A stretch of DNA of 46,733 bases from a virus. The stretch lies in UHGV virus genome UHGV-0157529; one strand, 5' to 3'. This document shows, in pieces, positions 25,335 to 35,640 of the stretch. A model generated the notes under the pieces. That model was given only the letters and a program-made list of their open reading frames with translations, searched no databases and had not been told where the DNA came from. The position numbers and the translations under genes were made by a program. Each line of letters begins with the position of its first letter. Within the stretch, counting starts at the first letter, position 1.

Positions 25335-25766
25335 ATGGCAGAGCAAACCGCGAAATATAGTATCGATGACTACATGACCGCACAGCGTGCGCAGAATGCG
25401 GTCCAGATGTACCTGACCCTCCCTGATGGGACCAAGACTACCGACTACCTGTTGGTGGTGGGGACCGAATCGGCGGAGTTCCGCTCCGCTAAATACGCGC
25501 AGGAGCAGCGGGCGTTTGAAATCTCCAAGATGGATTCCATGGAGAAACGCATGGAGGCGGTAGAGGACGCCCGTATTAATGTGCTGGCATCCTGTGTAAA
25601 GGGATGGTCGTTCGATATTCCATTTAGTGAGAAAGAGGCCAAGAAACTGCTCAAAGGTGCGCCATATCTGGCCGACGCAGTGGACGTGTTCATCTCACGC
25701 CGTGCACATTTTTTCGCGAAGCCCTCGACGACCTCTTCACGTACGCGGACGCGGAAAAGCAGCTAA
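25335..25766 (+). CDS. tail assembly chaperone (gpG-like)
   Basis: Conserved position between the major tail and tape measure genes; carries the slippery site near its 3' end. Confidence 0.7.
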   Translation: MAEQTAKYSIDDYMTAQRAQNAVQMYLTLPDGTKTTDYLLVVGTESAEFRSAKYAQEQRAFEISKMDSMEKRMEAVEDARINVLASCVKGWSFDIPFSEKEAKKLLKGAPYLADAVDVFISRRAHFFAKPSTTSSRTRTRKSS

Positions 25767-26035
25767 ACAGCATGGTCCCCGGCTCTAAGGGGACCACTTT
25801 CCGCCAGCACTGGGCGCAGATAGAAAAAACGCTCGGTCGTCGACCAAAGGGCGCACCCGACCCCGCCGACCTCCCCCGAGAGGTCGAATACATATGGAAC
25901 ACCTTTATAACGTTGTTCACGGGTCAACCCCTGACCTATCTGGAGATAAAAGCTTATACGGACTTAATGCAAGTGACCCTACGTCCGTTCGAGGTAGAGG
26001 CGCTGATTAAACTTGATAGAATAATGAGGAGCTAG
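25335..26035 (+). CDS. tail assembly chaperone G-T fusion produced by a programmed -1 ribosomal frameshift at T TTT TTC (25709-25715)
   Basis: The -1 frame is open from the slip site to 26035 and encodes a protein-like sequence (FFREALDDLFTYADAEKQLNSMVPGSKGTTFRQHW...). The 0-frame ends soon afterwards in low-complexity sequence. Confidence 0.55.
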
Positions 26036-26038
26036 ACC

Positions 26039-28375
26039 ATGTCGGGCAGCGTAGGCGATTTAATCACCCGGTTCTCATCTACCGGGTACAATACAGTGGC
26101 GGGGCAGATTGATAACCTCGCCAGCAAAGGCACGAAAGCCGAGAAAGCAACCGCCTCGCTGACCGCTAAGCTCGGCGCGGCTGCTGCTGGCTTCCTGTCG
26201 CTCGGCGCTGCGATAAAAGCGGTGAATGCGCTGGTGGAAACCAACCGCCAGTTCGAGAAGCTCCGGGCAGGTCTCGTAACTGCGACTGGCTCTGTGGAGG
26301 GGATGGAACAGGCATGGGGCGCTCTGATGCAGTATGCCATGGACACCCCATACGGCATCGAGCAGGTGACGGCGTCCTTCACAAAACTGATAAACTACGG
26401 TCTGACCCCGTCCGAAGAGGCTATGACCTCCTACGGTGACACCGCCGCCGCGATGTCCAAGTCGCTGGACCAGATGATTGAGGCCGTGGCCGACGCCGCT
26501 ACGGGTGAGTTCGAGCGTCTTAAAGAATTCGGCATCAAGGCTAAAAACAACGGCGACACCATAACTTTTACTTTCCGTGGCGTGGCCACCACCGTCAAAA
26601 ACTCCTCCAAGGAGATAGAGCAGTACCTCATCGATTTAGGGAAAACCAACTTCGGTGGGGCGATGCAGCGCCAGATGAACACACTCGACGGGTCGATAGC
26701 TAACCTGTCGGACACGTGGGAAATCTTCAAGTATAACCTATCTGATGGTATGTTTGCTGACATGGCCAGCGGTGCCATCGGGCTAGTGACTGACGGCATC
26801 GCCGAGCTGAACAACCAGATGGAATCCGGCGCGATGGAGTCTAACCTCGACGCGTGGAGCATGGCGTGGTCCGGGTGGGGCAACGACCTAGACTATTTGT
26901 GGGGTGAAATAGAATCCGCATTCTCCGATATGTTCGGGAACATGGATACCACAGCAGCCGACACCATCGACTCGATAAGCAACTATATCTCCCATTTCCC
27001 CAGCGAACTGCGGTCATATCTGCAGACGGCTATTGCCTATATCAAGTCATGGGCGTCAGAAGCCATGGCGTATGGGGCCGCTGTGGCCGGGGCCCTGAAC
27101 CCATTCGCGGACAACAGGGAAGTGCAGGCTACTCTGGACAACCGCATTAAGACTATCAGACAAGGCCTGCAGGATGAGAAGGATGCCATCGAGTCCGAGC
27201 TAATCTACACCCAAGTGATGCAAGACATCTTTGGCAAACGCGCTCTGGACCAAGCCGAGTCGAACAGGAAGAAGAACGAGCAGAACGAAAAGAACCATCA
27301 GGACCGACTGGCCAAGTTTAAAGTGGGTGGCGACTCCGGAAGCAACAGCACTAGCGACGATAAAGAGGCAAAAAGGGCGGCAAAGGAAGCCGAGCGACTG
27401 GCCAAACAGCGTGAGGCTGAATTCGAGCGCGTAAAGCAGTCGATGGAGTCTGAGACCGAGACCATCCGCCGCGAATACGAAGAGCGCACCCGTATCATCG
27501 AGGAGAATACGACTGCGGGGTCAAAAATCCAAGAGGAGCTGATGGCCAAGTCCAAGGCCATGCGCGACAAGGAGCTGGCCGAGGCCAAGGCGTCGTCTCT
27601 GGCCAAGGTGGAGCAAATCCGTCAGGACCTGCTGAGCGAAGAGGATGCTCTTACCGAGGGCTACGAGCGCCGCCGTAAGCTCATCCTCGAAAACACTGAA
27701 CTGACCGAGAAACAACGGCAGGACCTGCTGCACGCCCTAGGCAATCGATTCAATGAGGAGCAACAGGCCCTCATGCTCAACCAGATTGCCACCACAGCCG
27801 GGTATATGCAGACGTCCCTCGGGACCATGACACAGGCTCTGGCCGACGCAGGCGCTGAGTCCAACATGGTGTTCAAGGCCATGTTTGCGGCACAGAAGGC
27901 CATGGCCATCCCGTCGATGATAGTATCTACCGAAGAGGGCGCAACTAAGGCTCTGGCACTCGGTCCGGTGGCTGGGCCGATAGCGGCGCAGGCAATCCGA
28001 GCACTGGGGTATGCATCTATGGCGACGGTGGCCGGGCAGGCAATCGCGGGTCTCTTTGACCAAGGTGGCTTGATTCCAGCGGGCAAAAGTGGTATAGTGG
28101 GCGAGTTCGGCCCGGAGCTTGTGAACGGACCCGCCGTTGTTACCTCCCGTAAGCAGACGATGTCCAAAGTGGCATCGGCCAAGGAGAACGCGGGCAGCAC
28201 TAAAACATCATCGACGCAGAACATGAATTTCTATATCAATGGCAATGGTGTCGGCGATGCAGCCCTTAGTCAGATGCTTAGACAGGCCGCCCGTCAGGGG
28301 GCCTCTATGGGGTACTCCGAGGTACTTAAGGACGTGTCGGCACGTGGCAACATCAGCAGAAAAATAGGGCGGTGA
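26039..28375 (+). CDS. tape measure protein
   Basis: 778 aa with a coiled-coil, Glu/Lys/Arg/Gln-rich centre, located after the G/GT genes. Confidence 0.85.
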   Translation: MSGSVGDLITRFSSTGYNTVAGQIDNLASKGTKAEKATASLTAKLGAAAAGFLSLGAAIKAVNALVETNRQFEKLRAGLVTATGSVEGMEQAWGALMQYAMDTPYGIEQVTASFTKLINYGLTPSEEAMTSYGDTAAAMSKSLDQMIEAVADAATGEFERLKEFGIKAKNNGDTITFTFRGVATTVKNSSKEIEQYLIDLGKTNFGGAMQRQMNTLDGSIANLSDTWEIFKYNLSDGMFADMASGAIGLVTDGIAELNNQMESGAMESNLDAWSMAWSGWGNDLDYLWGEIESAFSDMFGNMDTTAADTIDSISNYISHFPSELRSYLQTAIAYIKSWASEAMAYGAAVAGALNPFADNREVQATLDNRIKTIRQGLQDEKDAIESELIYTQVMQDIFGKRALDQAESNRKKNEQNEKNHQDRLAKFKVGGDSGSNSTSDDKEAKRAAKEAERLAKQREAEFERVKQSMESETETIRREYEERTRIIEENTTAGSKIQEELMAKSKAMRDKELAEAKASSLAKVEQIRQDLLSEEDALTEGYERRRKLILENTELTEKQRQDLLHALGNRFNEEQQALMLNQIATTAGYMQTSLGTMTQALADAGAESNMVFKAMFAAQKAMAIPSMIVSTEEGATKALALGPVAGPIAAQAIRALGYASMATVAGQAIAGLFDQGGLIPAGKSGIVGEFGPELVNGPAVVTSRKQTMSKVASAKENAGSTKTSSTQNMNFYINGNGVGDAALSQMLRQAARQGASMGYSEVLKDVSARGNISRKIGR

Positions 28376-28376
28376 T

Positions 28377-28967
28377 ATGAATATATTGGAATGGCCAGAG
28401 GACCTGAGACCGTCGTCCATGTCGTGGAGGCTCCTTTCCGCAGGGACCAAGTTTGAGAGCGTATTCAACGGGGCCGTGCAAACTGTACGGTTCCCCGGCT
28501 CTAAGTGGAAGGTATCCATGTCGTTCGACAACGCAGACGACTACGAGGCGAGAGCTATCGAATCCATCCTGTTTCAGTTAGACGGCATGGCCGGGCGCAT
28601 AAGACTGCCTGACTTTGGTCGGTGGGGCGTTCCCCCCACGGGCACACCCGTTGTGTTTGGTGCGGGGCAGCTTGGCGCGAGTATTGTAACAGCGGGCTGG
28701 CTACCAAATAGGATGGTTATCGCGAGGGGGCAATATCTGTCAGTAAACGACGAGATGAAATTCGTAACTGCTGACGTGTGGTCGAACGGGTCGGGGGCCG
28801 CCACCATACCTATCACACCAGTATGGCGCAAACCCCCCGCAGACGGTGCCAATGTTGAGGTGGAGAACCCGAAGTGTGTTTTCATGCTCCTTAACAATGA
28901 GAACGGCCCGGACAGGAAACCCGCGTTCAACAACGACTTCACCATCGACTTTGTGGAGTACATCTAA
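28377..28967 (+). CDS. minor tail protein (distal tail / gpM-position)
   Basis: Position after the tape measure gene. Confidence 0.5.
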   Translation: MNILEWPEDLRPSSMSWRLLSAGTKFESVFNGAVQTVRFPGSKWKVSMSFDNADDYEARAIESILFQLDGMAGRIRLPDFGRWGVPPTGTPVVFGAGQLGASIVTAGWLPNRMVIARGQYLSVNDEMKFVTADVWSNGSGAATIPITPVWRKPPADGANVEVENPKCVFMLLNNENGPDRKPAFNNDFTIDFVEYI

Positions 28968-29551
28968 TGCTGATAGCACATCTGTCGGAAGACGTGGCAT
29001 ATTACCTGTCCCAAGGACATGTGAATCTGGCTATAGCCGCCGAGTTCGAGTTCAATTCCGGCGTGTCCCGAGTGCACAGCGCTACCGGGGACATAGTGAT
29101 AGGCGGCGAGACGTTCACGGGGGCGGGCATGCTCGGGGACTGCTCCGCCGTATCGGAAGAAAACAACACATCCGACCAAGACATCACCCTCACCCTGTGT
29201 GGTCTGGACAACAACCTAATCAATATAGCACTCAATGAAAAGGTAATAGGTAAGAGAGTCACCCTATACATCGTGGTCTTCGATGACGAATACACCGCGC
29301 TGGCGTATAATGTGCTGTATGTGGGGAAAATAAGCCAGACGGCCATGATGGCTGGTTCCCAAGGCTCGATAGCCTATACCGCTGGGAACATTTTTCAAGA
29401 GTGGTCAAAAGGCAAGCCGTATCGCTATACGGACGAATCTCATGCTAAAATGTACCCTAATGATAGGATATTTAGGTATGGCGGCCAGATGTCGGACAGG
29501 TCGATATACTGGGGAAGCAAAAAAGACGCGCCGGGGTTCACATATTCATGA
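28967..29551 (+). CDS. minor tail protein (gpL-position)
   Basis: Position; ATGC overlap with the previous gene. Confidence 0.5.
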   Translation: MLIAHLSEDVAYYLSQGHVNLAIAAEFEFNSGVSRVHSATGDIVIGGETFTGAGMLGDCSAVSEENNTSDQDITLTLCGLDNNLINIALNEKVIGKRVTLYIVVFDDEYTALAYNVLYVGKISQTAMMAGSQGSIAYTAGNIFQEWSKGKPYRYTDESHAKMYPNDRIFRYGGQMSDRSIYWGSKKDAPGFTYS

Positions 29552-29952
29552 GACATATAGATTGGCAGGACAAGCTATTAAAGATAGCCATCGAACGCGA
29601 AAACACCCCCTTCCAGTGGGGGTCATATGACTGCTGCTTGTACGTGGCCGATACTATCGAGGCCATGACTGGCTTTGACCCAGCCGAATGGTTCCGTGGG
29701 AAGTACGACTCCGAAGAGGGGGCTATGGCCCTCATCGAGGAGAAGGGCGGGATGGTCGGGTACATGGATTCTCTGTTCAAGAGCAAGTCGGTGGAGTATG
29801 CGCAGCGCGGCGACGCGGTAGTAGTGGAAACGGACAACGGCCCCACCATGGGGATTATGTGGTCTGGCGGAGCCGTATGGATGCAAAGCGAGACAGGTGT
29901 TAAGCTATTCCCTCGTCTCAAAAAGAAGATAACCCACGTATGGGGGGTGTAA
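29548..29952 (+). CDS. NlpC/P60-like tail protein (gpK-position)
   Basis: FQWGSYDCCLYV resembles the NlpC/P60 Cys motif. Confidence 0.5.
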   Translation: MRHIDWQDKLLKIAIERENTPFQWGSYDCCLYVADTIEAMTGFDPAEWFRGKYDSEEGAMALIEEKGGMVGYMDSLFKSKSVEYAQRGDAVVVETDNGPTMGIMWSGGAVWMQSETGVKLFPRLKKKITHVWGV

Positions 29953-29953
29953 A

Positions 29954-32203
29954 ATGCCAGCAGCCGTCATAGCGGGGGCCGTCGCACTTGGTGCATCGGC
30001 AGCAGCAGTAGCGGGCATATTACCTCTAACTGCAGCGCTGGTTATTTCCACTGCAGCCACCGTAGCGGGTGCCCTCCTAACCAAGACCGATGTACCATCG
30101 CTAACCGGATACCAATCACAGGCCGAAAGAAAGCAAGTGCTGAGGTCATCCAGTGCCCCCAAGGTCTACATATATGGCAGGACAAAAGTGTCCGGCCTGA
30201 TGTTTTTTGCCGAAGAACAATCTGGGGACCAAGTGGATGGCGAGTGGCTGCATCTAGCCATAGCGGTCTGCGCCCACAAGGTACATAACATAGCTGCGGT
30301 ATATCTGGGTGATGATGACATCAGCACTTACGGCGAATATGCCCAGTATCAGGTGCACAACGATTCGACCGATGTGTCGGATATGTTATCCAGAGCACCG
30401 TCATGGAAGCCAGACATGGTAGGCCGTGGCCTCTGTTGGGTTCGTATATCGCTCAAGTTTAATCAGGAAAAATTCCCATCTGGTCTCCCGAATGTGTCGT
30501 TCCTTGTGGATGGTAAAGAGGTATATGACCCACGCAGTGGGGCGACCGTCTATAGTAACAACGCCGCTCTGTGTATCCTCGATTTCTACAGGTCCTATCT
30601 GGGCGTACCGGACTCCGAGCTGCTGATGGACGAATTCATCGAAGCCGCCAATATCTGCGAAGAGAGCATAAACGGAAACGACTACTCCGAGCCGCGTTAT
30701 ACCATCAATGGGTCGTATGATGCCTCCGAAGCGGTGTCGTCCACCCTTGACGACCTACACCTGAGCTGTGCTGGTGAGCCAACATATATTGGCGGGAAAC
30801 ACGGCCTGCTAGTCGGGGCTTATTACGGTCCGGCTAACCTCACCCTCGATGAGAGTCAGATAATCGACGACATCAAGATAGTGCCGGAAACGTCATGGTC
30901 TGAAAGGACCAACGTGGTGAACGGCACGTTCATCGACCCGGAGCAGGGGTATACGGAGGTAGACTTCCCGCCAGTCATCGTGGAGTCGTATATACTGGAA
31001 GATGGGAACGAGTTTACCGATGATATCAAATATCGCTTCGTCACCTCCGAATATCAGGCCCAGAGGCTGGCGCAGATAACCATAAACCGCAAGCGGCTGG
31101 GCAGGACCATCGAAATCCCACTGAACTTCCATGGGTATCAATACCGTCCGGGTAGATATGTCAACGTCAACATACCCAGCCTAGGCATCAACATGCAGGA
31201 ATTCCGCGTCACTAAATGGTCCATATCGCCTAGCGGTGAGGGATGTACTGTGACGGTCAGACAGGAGAACTCCGACGTATGGGGTGATGCGGTTGGGCAG
31301 CCTATCGACAGACCGGACCTGACCAACCTACCGGGCCCATCCGTGCCAGCGCCTACCAACCTAAACTGGTTCCCGGTCGCTTCGAACGCCGAGGTGAACT
31401 ATCAGGGCGTGCTGTCGTGGACTAACCCCACAGATGTAGACTTTACGCAGGTCATCATTCAGGGGGATGGCAAGACCATTGTATCCATGCAATCGTCTGA
31501 GACGTCCATTCGCGTGAACGGTCTGGACCGTGGCATTATGTACACCGCGTACTTGCGCAACTCTGCGAAAGGTGGTATACTGTCGAACATAAGCACCCTG
31601 CAGTTTAGTCTGGCCATCGATTCTAAATATTACGGCGATATCTACGCCATGAATGGGTGGTTTAGGGGCACAGTGTATGCCAACAATATAGTCGGTGATG
31701 TGTACAACAAGATGTCGGGTGGCATACCATATGTCAATGTGTCCGACATCACTGGTGGCGGATTCCCGTGGGCATCGAGCGCTGGTGAGCACGTGATTTG
31801 GTCCATACCGGGGGAGGAGTTCGACAGGACGATGGACTCCAACCTGTACTTGACGTTGACATCCTCTGAAAGGCAATATTTCACCGTACTGATGAGAGCA
31901 CCGGGGCTGCCAGACCAACAGGTGGCGTACATCGATACGGGTAACGACGGGTCGAACTCACCTGCGGTGGTCCAGCTTAACGGGGTGACTGTTCCGGCAA
32001 CTGATAGGGATACCCCGTGTCAGTTAGTATGCGTAGTAGGGACTAATCGGTCGTCGGGGGCGTCGTTCTACACCCCACTGGCGATGCAAACAGTAAAGGC
32101 TGATAGCGGCTCCGGAGCTATGGAGCTTGTGGGTAGGGTGGTTAGAGAAGTACCGTGGGTGGCCTTATATAAAAAAGGTCGCACTCCTGTAATACCTGCG
32201 TAA
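29954..32203 (+). CDS. central tail fibre / host specificity protein (gpJ-like) with a hydrophobic Ala-rich N-terminus
   Basis: 749 aa. The N-terminus resembles a gpI-like hydrophobic tail, followed by a J-like region (KVYIYGRTKVSGLMFFAEEQSGDQ). Confidence 0.65.
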   Translation: MPAAVIAGAVALGASAAAVAGILPLTAALVISTAATVAGALLTKTDVPSLTGYQSQAERKQVLRSSSAPKVYIYGRTKVSGLMFFAEEQSGDQVDGEWLHLAIAVCAHKVHNIAAVYLGDDDISTYGEYAQYQVHNDSTDVSDMLSRAPSWKPDMVGRGLCWVRISLKFNQEKFPSGLPNVSFLVDGKEVYDPRSGATVYSNNAALCILDFYRSYLGVPDSELLMDEFIEAANICEESINGNDYSEPRYTINGSYDASEAVSSTLDDLHLSCAGEPTYIGGKHGLLVGAYYGPANLTLDESQIIDDIKIVPETSWSERTNVVNGTFIDPEQGYTEVDFPPVIVESYILEDGNEFTDDIKYRFVTSEYQAQRLAQITINRKRLGRTIEIPLNFHGYQYRPGRYVNVNIPSLGINMQEFRVTKWSISPSGEGCTVTVRQENSDVWGDAVGQPIDRPDLTNLPGPSVPAPTNLNWFPVASNAEVNYQGVLSWTNPTDVDFTQVIIQGDGKTIVSMQSSETSIRVNGLDRGIMYTAYLRNSAKGGILSNISTLQFSLAIDSKYYGDIYAMNGWFRGTVYANNIVGDVYNKMSGGIPYVNVSDITGGGFPWASSAGEHVIWSIPGEEFDRTMDSNLYLTLTSSERQYFTVLMRAPGLPDQQVAYIDTGNDGSNSPAVVQLNGVTVPATDRDTPCQLVCVVGTNRSSGASFYTPLAMQTVKADSGSGAMELVGRVVREVPWVALYKKGRTPVIPA

Positions 32204-32212
32204 GGATGATAT

Positions 32213-34441
32213 ATGACCGTCATAAGTGGTGTTTTAGTAAACGGGTTTGGCCAACCTATGGCCAACACCCAAATGAGGGCCGTGGCTGCCGAAACGGGAA
32301 CTGCTATTGTAGGGGCCCCCGCTTATGCCAGAACGGACAATAACGGGGCTTATTCTTTTCCCCTAGAAGTCGGTGTGTACTCATTTAGTATATGGTTTGG
32401 CCACCTAGAATGGCAGTATGTGGGGGACATACAGATATTAGAGGGGACCCCGGATTCATCACTCGACCAGCTTCTTGTGATATCTCCGAACACTAAGCCG
32501 ATGGTGCTGGCGAGAGTTTTACAAGCATTGCTGGATGCGGAGGCGGCGGCGGCGAATGCGGCGAATGCCGCCAATCAGGCCGCCGAAGAAGTTAGAGATT
32601 CCCTTACTCCTTTGGGTCTACAATACAAGGATGAGGCGTCAGCCCAAGCAGCCGTAACCGCTGGCGCTATCTCCGATGGGGCCTTTTTCTACGTGAGAAG
32701 TCAGGACAGCTACTCTTTGGCTGATGAGTACCGGAACGTTGGAGGAACGGTCAGCAAGACTGGTAGGCAGATTAACAGCAAGGAATACGTGACGCTAGTC
32801 CAAGAACAGGTGAAATCTGTGGACTCCCGCACAGACGGCCTTAAAACCGTGAAACTGGTAGACGATGTTCTGTTCTTTCTAGCGAAAAACGGGCCGGTTG
32901 TGAGCGTCGACAGTACAGGGCTAGTTCGGGCAATCGAACTAATCGTTCAGAAGCTGAAAGCGGATGATTTCGAGGTCCTGAACTTTCTAGCCACGATTAT
33001 CAAGGCGCAACAGCTTGAAATTGGTGGAAGCACATTATCATCCAGTGCGTTTCCCCTATCCGTAGATGCAAACAACGGCAGCGTTTTGGTTTTAGATGGA
33101 ACCGGTCGGCTGCTGGGTATCGAGCTGGACTTTGAGCAGATTAGGCTTAATGGCGTCGATATTCTGGACATCATTAACGGCCTGACGCCCGCTGAGGTTA
33201 AACGGCTCAAAATGAAGTTCATCACCGGATATAGCCACTTCGCGTTCTATGGGCAATCGCAGGTAATAGGGACCAGTAACGGGACCATCCATTCCACATC
33301 ATTTGACCCGGACAGCCTGATGCTATATGGCGGGTTAAAGTCGTTTGGTACACCGGGATATAACACCTCCGTGCCGGAGTCCGAATACAATAAAGCGCTG
33401 CGCCCAATGTATGAGGTAAACGGCGAGTCATATTGTTCAGGGATGGCCATCACCGCACGTCAATATATCAGTGGTAAGTACCCGAACCGTGATGTAAAAA
33501 ACATCTACACGGTCAACGGCACTGGTGGGTCAACTGTTGATATGCTCAAAAAGGGAACCTCGTCCTACAACCGAATGATTACGCAGCACGTCGCCCTCAT
33601 TAACCTACTAAGCAGCATGGGTGAGGCATACCACTTTCCTGCGTTTGGTTGGTCGCAAGGCGGTAGTGATGATAATGCTGGCACTAACCCCGATGTGTGG
33701 GAGGCAGCAGTAGACAAACTACGCGCGGACTACAACGCTGACATCTTCGCCCAGACAGGCGTGAAAATTGATCCGGCATGGATAACCAATCAAATCAACA
33801 ACTACATGCGTTACCCGGCTTTGAACGGAAAACCGAATATCGGTCTGCGTCAGTATAAGATGGTCACGAACGGTGAAGGAAAATACTTCGGCTCGTGTCC
33901 GACCTATATCTGTGACTTTATTGACGTCGCGCACTGGACAAAAGAGTCTCAGGTAAAGGTTGGGGCATATTTCGAAAAGACGCGGCGCTTCATTCTGGAA
34001 GAAGGGTACTGGGAGCCTGTACACCCTATCCGCATCACTACTGCAGGGAAATTCAGCACAGTGCAGTTTCATCTTCCGCAGAACCGTCCTCTGCAATTCA
34101 ACACCGTGTTCGTTGCCGAAGCCACGAACTACGGGTTCAGCGCCGCGCAAGCTGATGGTACACCTATCGCCATCGATCGCGTTCGACTCGTTTCCGACGA
34201 CACAATTGAGGTTCGATATACCGATGTCCCTCTACCGGGAGCGGTGCTGATGTATGGCCAGACAGGGCAAGTCGGTGATCCTAACGCGTCGGATGGCTCC
34301 GGGTTAGGCCGTACTAACGGTATGCGCGGAAATCTCTGTGATACAGCCGGAGACGACGAAAAGATTTATATTTCAGCTAGTGAACCCGAATATCCGCTGC
34401 ATAACTGGTGCTGGATGTTCACAGAAGACATGGGGGTATAA
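32213..34441 (+). CDS. tail fibre / tailspike protein with a possible SASA/SGNH-type carbohydrate esterase domain
   Basis: 742 aa. FAFYGQSQVIGTSNG resembles the GQSN motif of sialate-O-acetylesterase-like (SASA) domains. GC content is lower than in the neighbouring genes. Confidence 0.55.
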   Translation: MTVISGVLVNGFGQPMANTQMRAVAAETGTAIVGAPAYARTDNNGAYSFPLEVGVYSFSIWFGHLEWQYVGDIQILEGTPDSSLDQLLVISPNTKPMVLARVLQALLDAEAAAANAANAANQAAEEVRDSLTPLGLQYKDEASAQAAVTAGAISDGAFFYVRSQDSYSLADEYRNVGGTVSKTGRQINSKEYVTLVQEQVKSVDSRTDGLKTVKLVDDVLFFLAKNGPVVSVDSTGLVRAIELIVQKLKADDFEVLNFLATIIKAQQLEIGGSTLSSSAFPLSVDANNGSVLVLDGTGRLLGIELDFEQIRLNGVDILDIINGLTPAEVKRLKMKFITGYSHFAFYGQSQVIGTSNGTIHSTSFDPDSLMLYGGLKSFGTPGYNTSVPESEYNKALRPMYEVNGESYCSGMAITARQYISGKYPNRDVKNIYTVNGTGGSTVDMLKKGTSSYNRMITQHVALINLLSSMGEAYHFPAFGWSQGGSDDNAGTNPDVWEAAVDKLRADYNADIFAQTGVKIDPAWITNQINNYMRYPALNGKPNIGLRQYKMVTNGEGKYFGSCPTYICDFIDVAHWTKESQVKVGAYFEKTRRFILEEGYWEPVHPIRITTAGKFSTVQFHLPQNRPLQFNTVFVAEATNYGFSAAQADGTPIAIDRVRLVSDDTIEVRYTDVPLPGAVLMYGQTGQVGDPNASDGSGLGRTNGMRGNLCDTAGDDEKIYISASEPEYPLHNWCWMFTEDMGV

Positions 34442-34442
34442 A

Positions 34443-35231
34443 ATGAGCGGACTGGGGCTAAAATTAAATTTTAATTCAACGCGTATATTGCCTAATATTG
34501 AACTAAAGCATGTAAAGCAATCTGATATGACCTATCTGGGAGTATATGGGGGAACAACGGAGGATACAGTTCTTAATAGATCTAAGGGGGATTTGGTAAC
34601 TCCCACAGTCGGGCAAACAACTCAAAACTGGGTACTTGGGGATAATTACTTATCTTCATCTGCAGACAATCTGTCTGCAGGGATTATTTCTACCGGGCAG
34701 CCTAAGCAACTAGACTGTACATTATTCTCCGTTTTTAATTTACAAGATATCCCTAATACTCCGGGGGTTCTATCTAGTGTAGGTATCCTATCCCTATGGG
34801 GGAATAGTCCAAACCTATCAGGGAATCCAGGACGATTGTCTTTATCTGCAATAATTACAGCCGAGGGGGACAGGTATATTGGAGTACGCTGGGGAACAAA
34901 TGCGGATGTTCCTGCACTATCTTGTGCTGTTCCCTTTGATTGGCGTGGTTTAAGTGAGCCTATTTATGCGATATGCTCAAGAAAGGATTCGGGGGTGCTA
35001 GCTCTAGAAGTTCATTCAGGAGCCACGGTATTAAAACAGACATCTGTAGTAACACCAGTTCCTATCCCTGCAGGATCTACAAACTGGCGAATGTATTCGG
35101 GCCAGCTAAGTACATATCCCATTAGCGGATTGCGTACATACGCAGCGGCTGCTTGGAAAAGTCATTTATCTGCTGAGGAATTGTCCAGTGAATTGGAAAT
35201 TATGAAAATAAATTTATCTTCACATTTCTAA
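34443..35231 (+). CDS. distal tail fibre / receptor-binding module, low-GC
   Basis: Ser/Thr/Gly-rich, beta-type composition. Markedly AT-rich (about 42% GC). Start codon lies 1 nt after the upstream stop. Confidence 0.5.
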   Translation: MSGLGLKLNFNSTRILPNIELKHVKQSDMTYLGVYGGTTEDTVLNRSKGDLVTPTVGQTTQNWVLGDNYLSSSADNLSAGIISTGQPKQLDCTLFSVFNLQDIPNTPGVLSSVGILSLWGNSPNLSGNPGRLSLSAIITAEGDRYIGVRWGTNADVPALSCAVPFDWRGLSEPIYAICSRKDSGVLALEVHSGATVLKQTSVVTPVPIPAGSTNWRMYSGQLSTYPISGLRTYAAAAWKSHLSAEELSSELEIMKINLSSHF

Positions 35232-35384
35232 TTTAAAACTGGTTATCACTAATTATAAATAAGGCAGCTACGGGTGCAAGTGCCCTGTAAAGGATATGAT
35301 GCCGTTCGTCCTATCGACAAGGAACATCGCAGTGCCGTAGTCCGTCAAACGAGAAGTACCTCTCCGGCCCTCCGACAGGGGGGC

Positions 35385-35438
35385 CGCTACGTATATAGCC
35401 CCCGACAACTCCGATTCAACGGAGAGGCTCCCGTTTGC
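35385..35438 (+). repeat. about 50-bp repeat (TACGTATATAGC...GATTCAACGGAGAGGCTCCCGTTT), second copy of the terminator-containing element at 9878-9930
   Basis: A 24-nt perfect match GATTCAACGGAGAGGCTCCCGTTT at 9904-9927 and 35413-35436, plus flanking similarity. Confidence 0.6.
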
Positions 35439-35537
35439 TAAATGCGCATGACGGTCGGCTGCACTAAAGATTCTGTTCTGCTGTTCTCGTATCGTACGCG
35501 AGAGCCGAGGATTGTCGCCGGGCGACAGATATGATAC

Positions 35538-35640
35538 GATGGAACGGTGGAACGATGGAACGGCACAGTTCGAAGCCCCGGAGGACGCGGCACTGAGCGT
35601 TCCACTATGCGTTCCATCACCGCTGGTTTCATGGAACGGT
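35538..35640. repeat. iteron cluster B: TGGAACGG TGGAACGA TGGAACGG in tandem (35540-35563), then CGTTCCA x2 and TGGAACGG, followed by a long imperfect hairpin at 35658-35695
   Basis: Read directly. Homologous to cluster A, including the shared CTCTCTCTGTC and CCCCGGAGGACG segments. Lies 90-240 bp upstream of the primase-polymerase gene. Confidence 0.7.

Noticed and set aside
34338-34442. Upstream extension of the distal fibre ORF (34338 start)
   Set aside because: It would overlap the previous gene by 100 nt. The ATG at 34443 lies 1 nt after the upstream stop and begins the AT-rich module.
35232-35440. Possible tRNA or small RNA in the AT-rich non-coding stretch after the tail fibre gene
   Set aside because: I could not fold a cloverleaf with a 7-bp acceptor stem and a GTTCGA-type T-loop. 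It is left unannotated.
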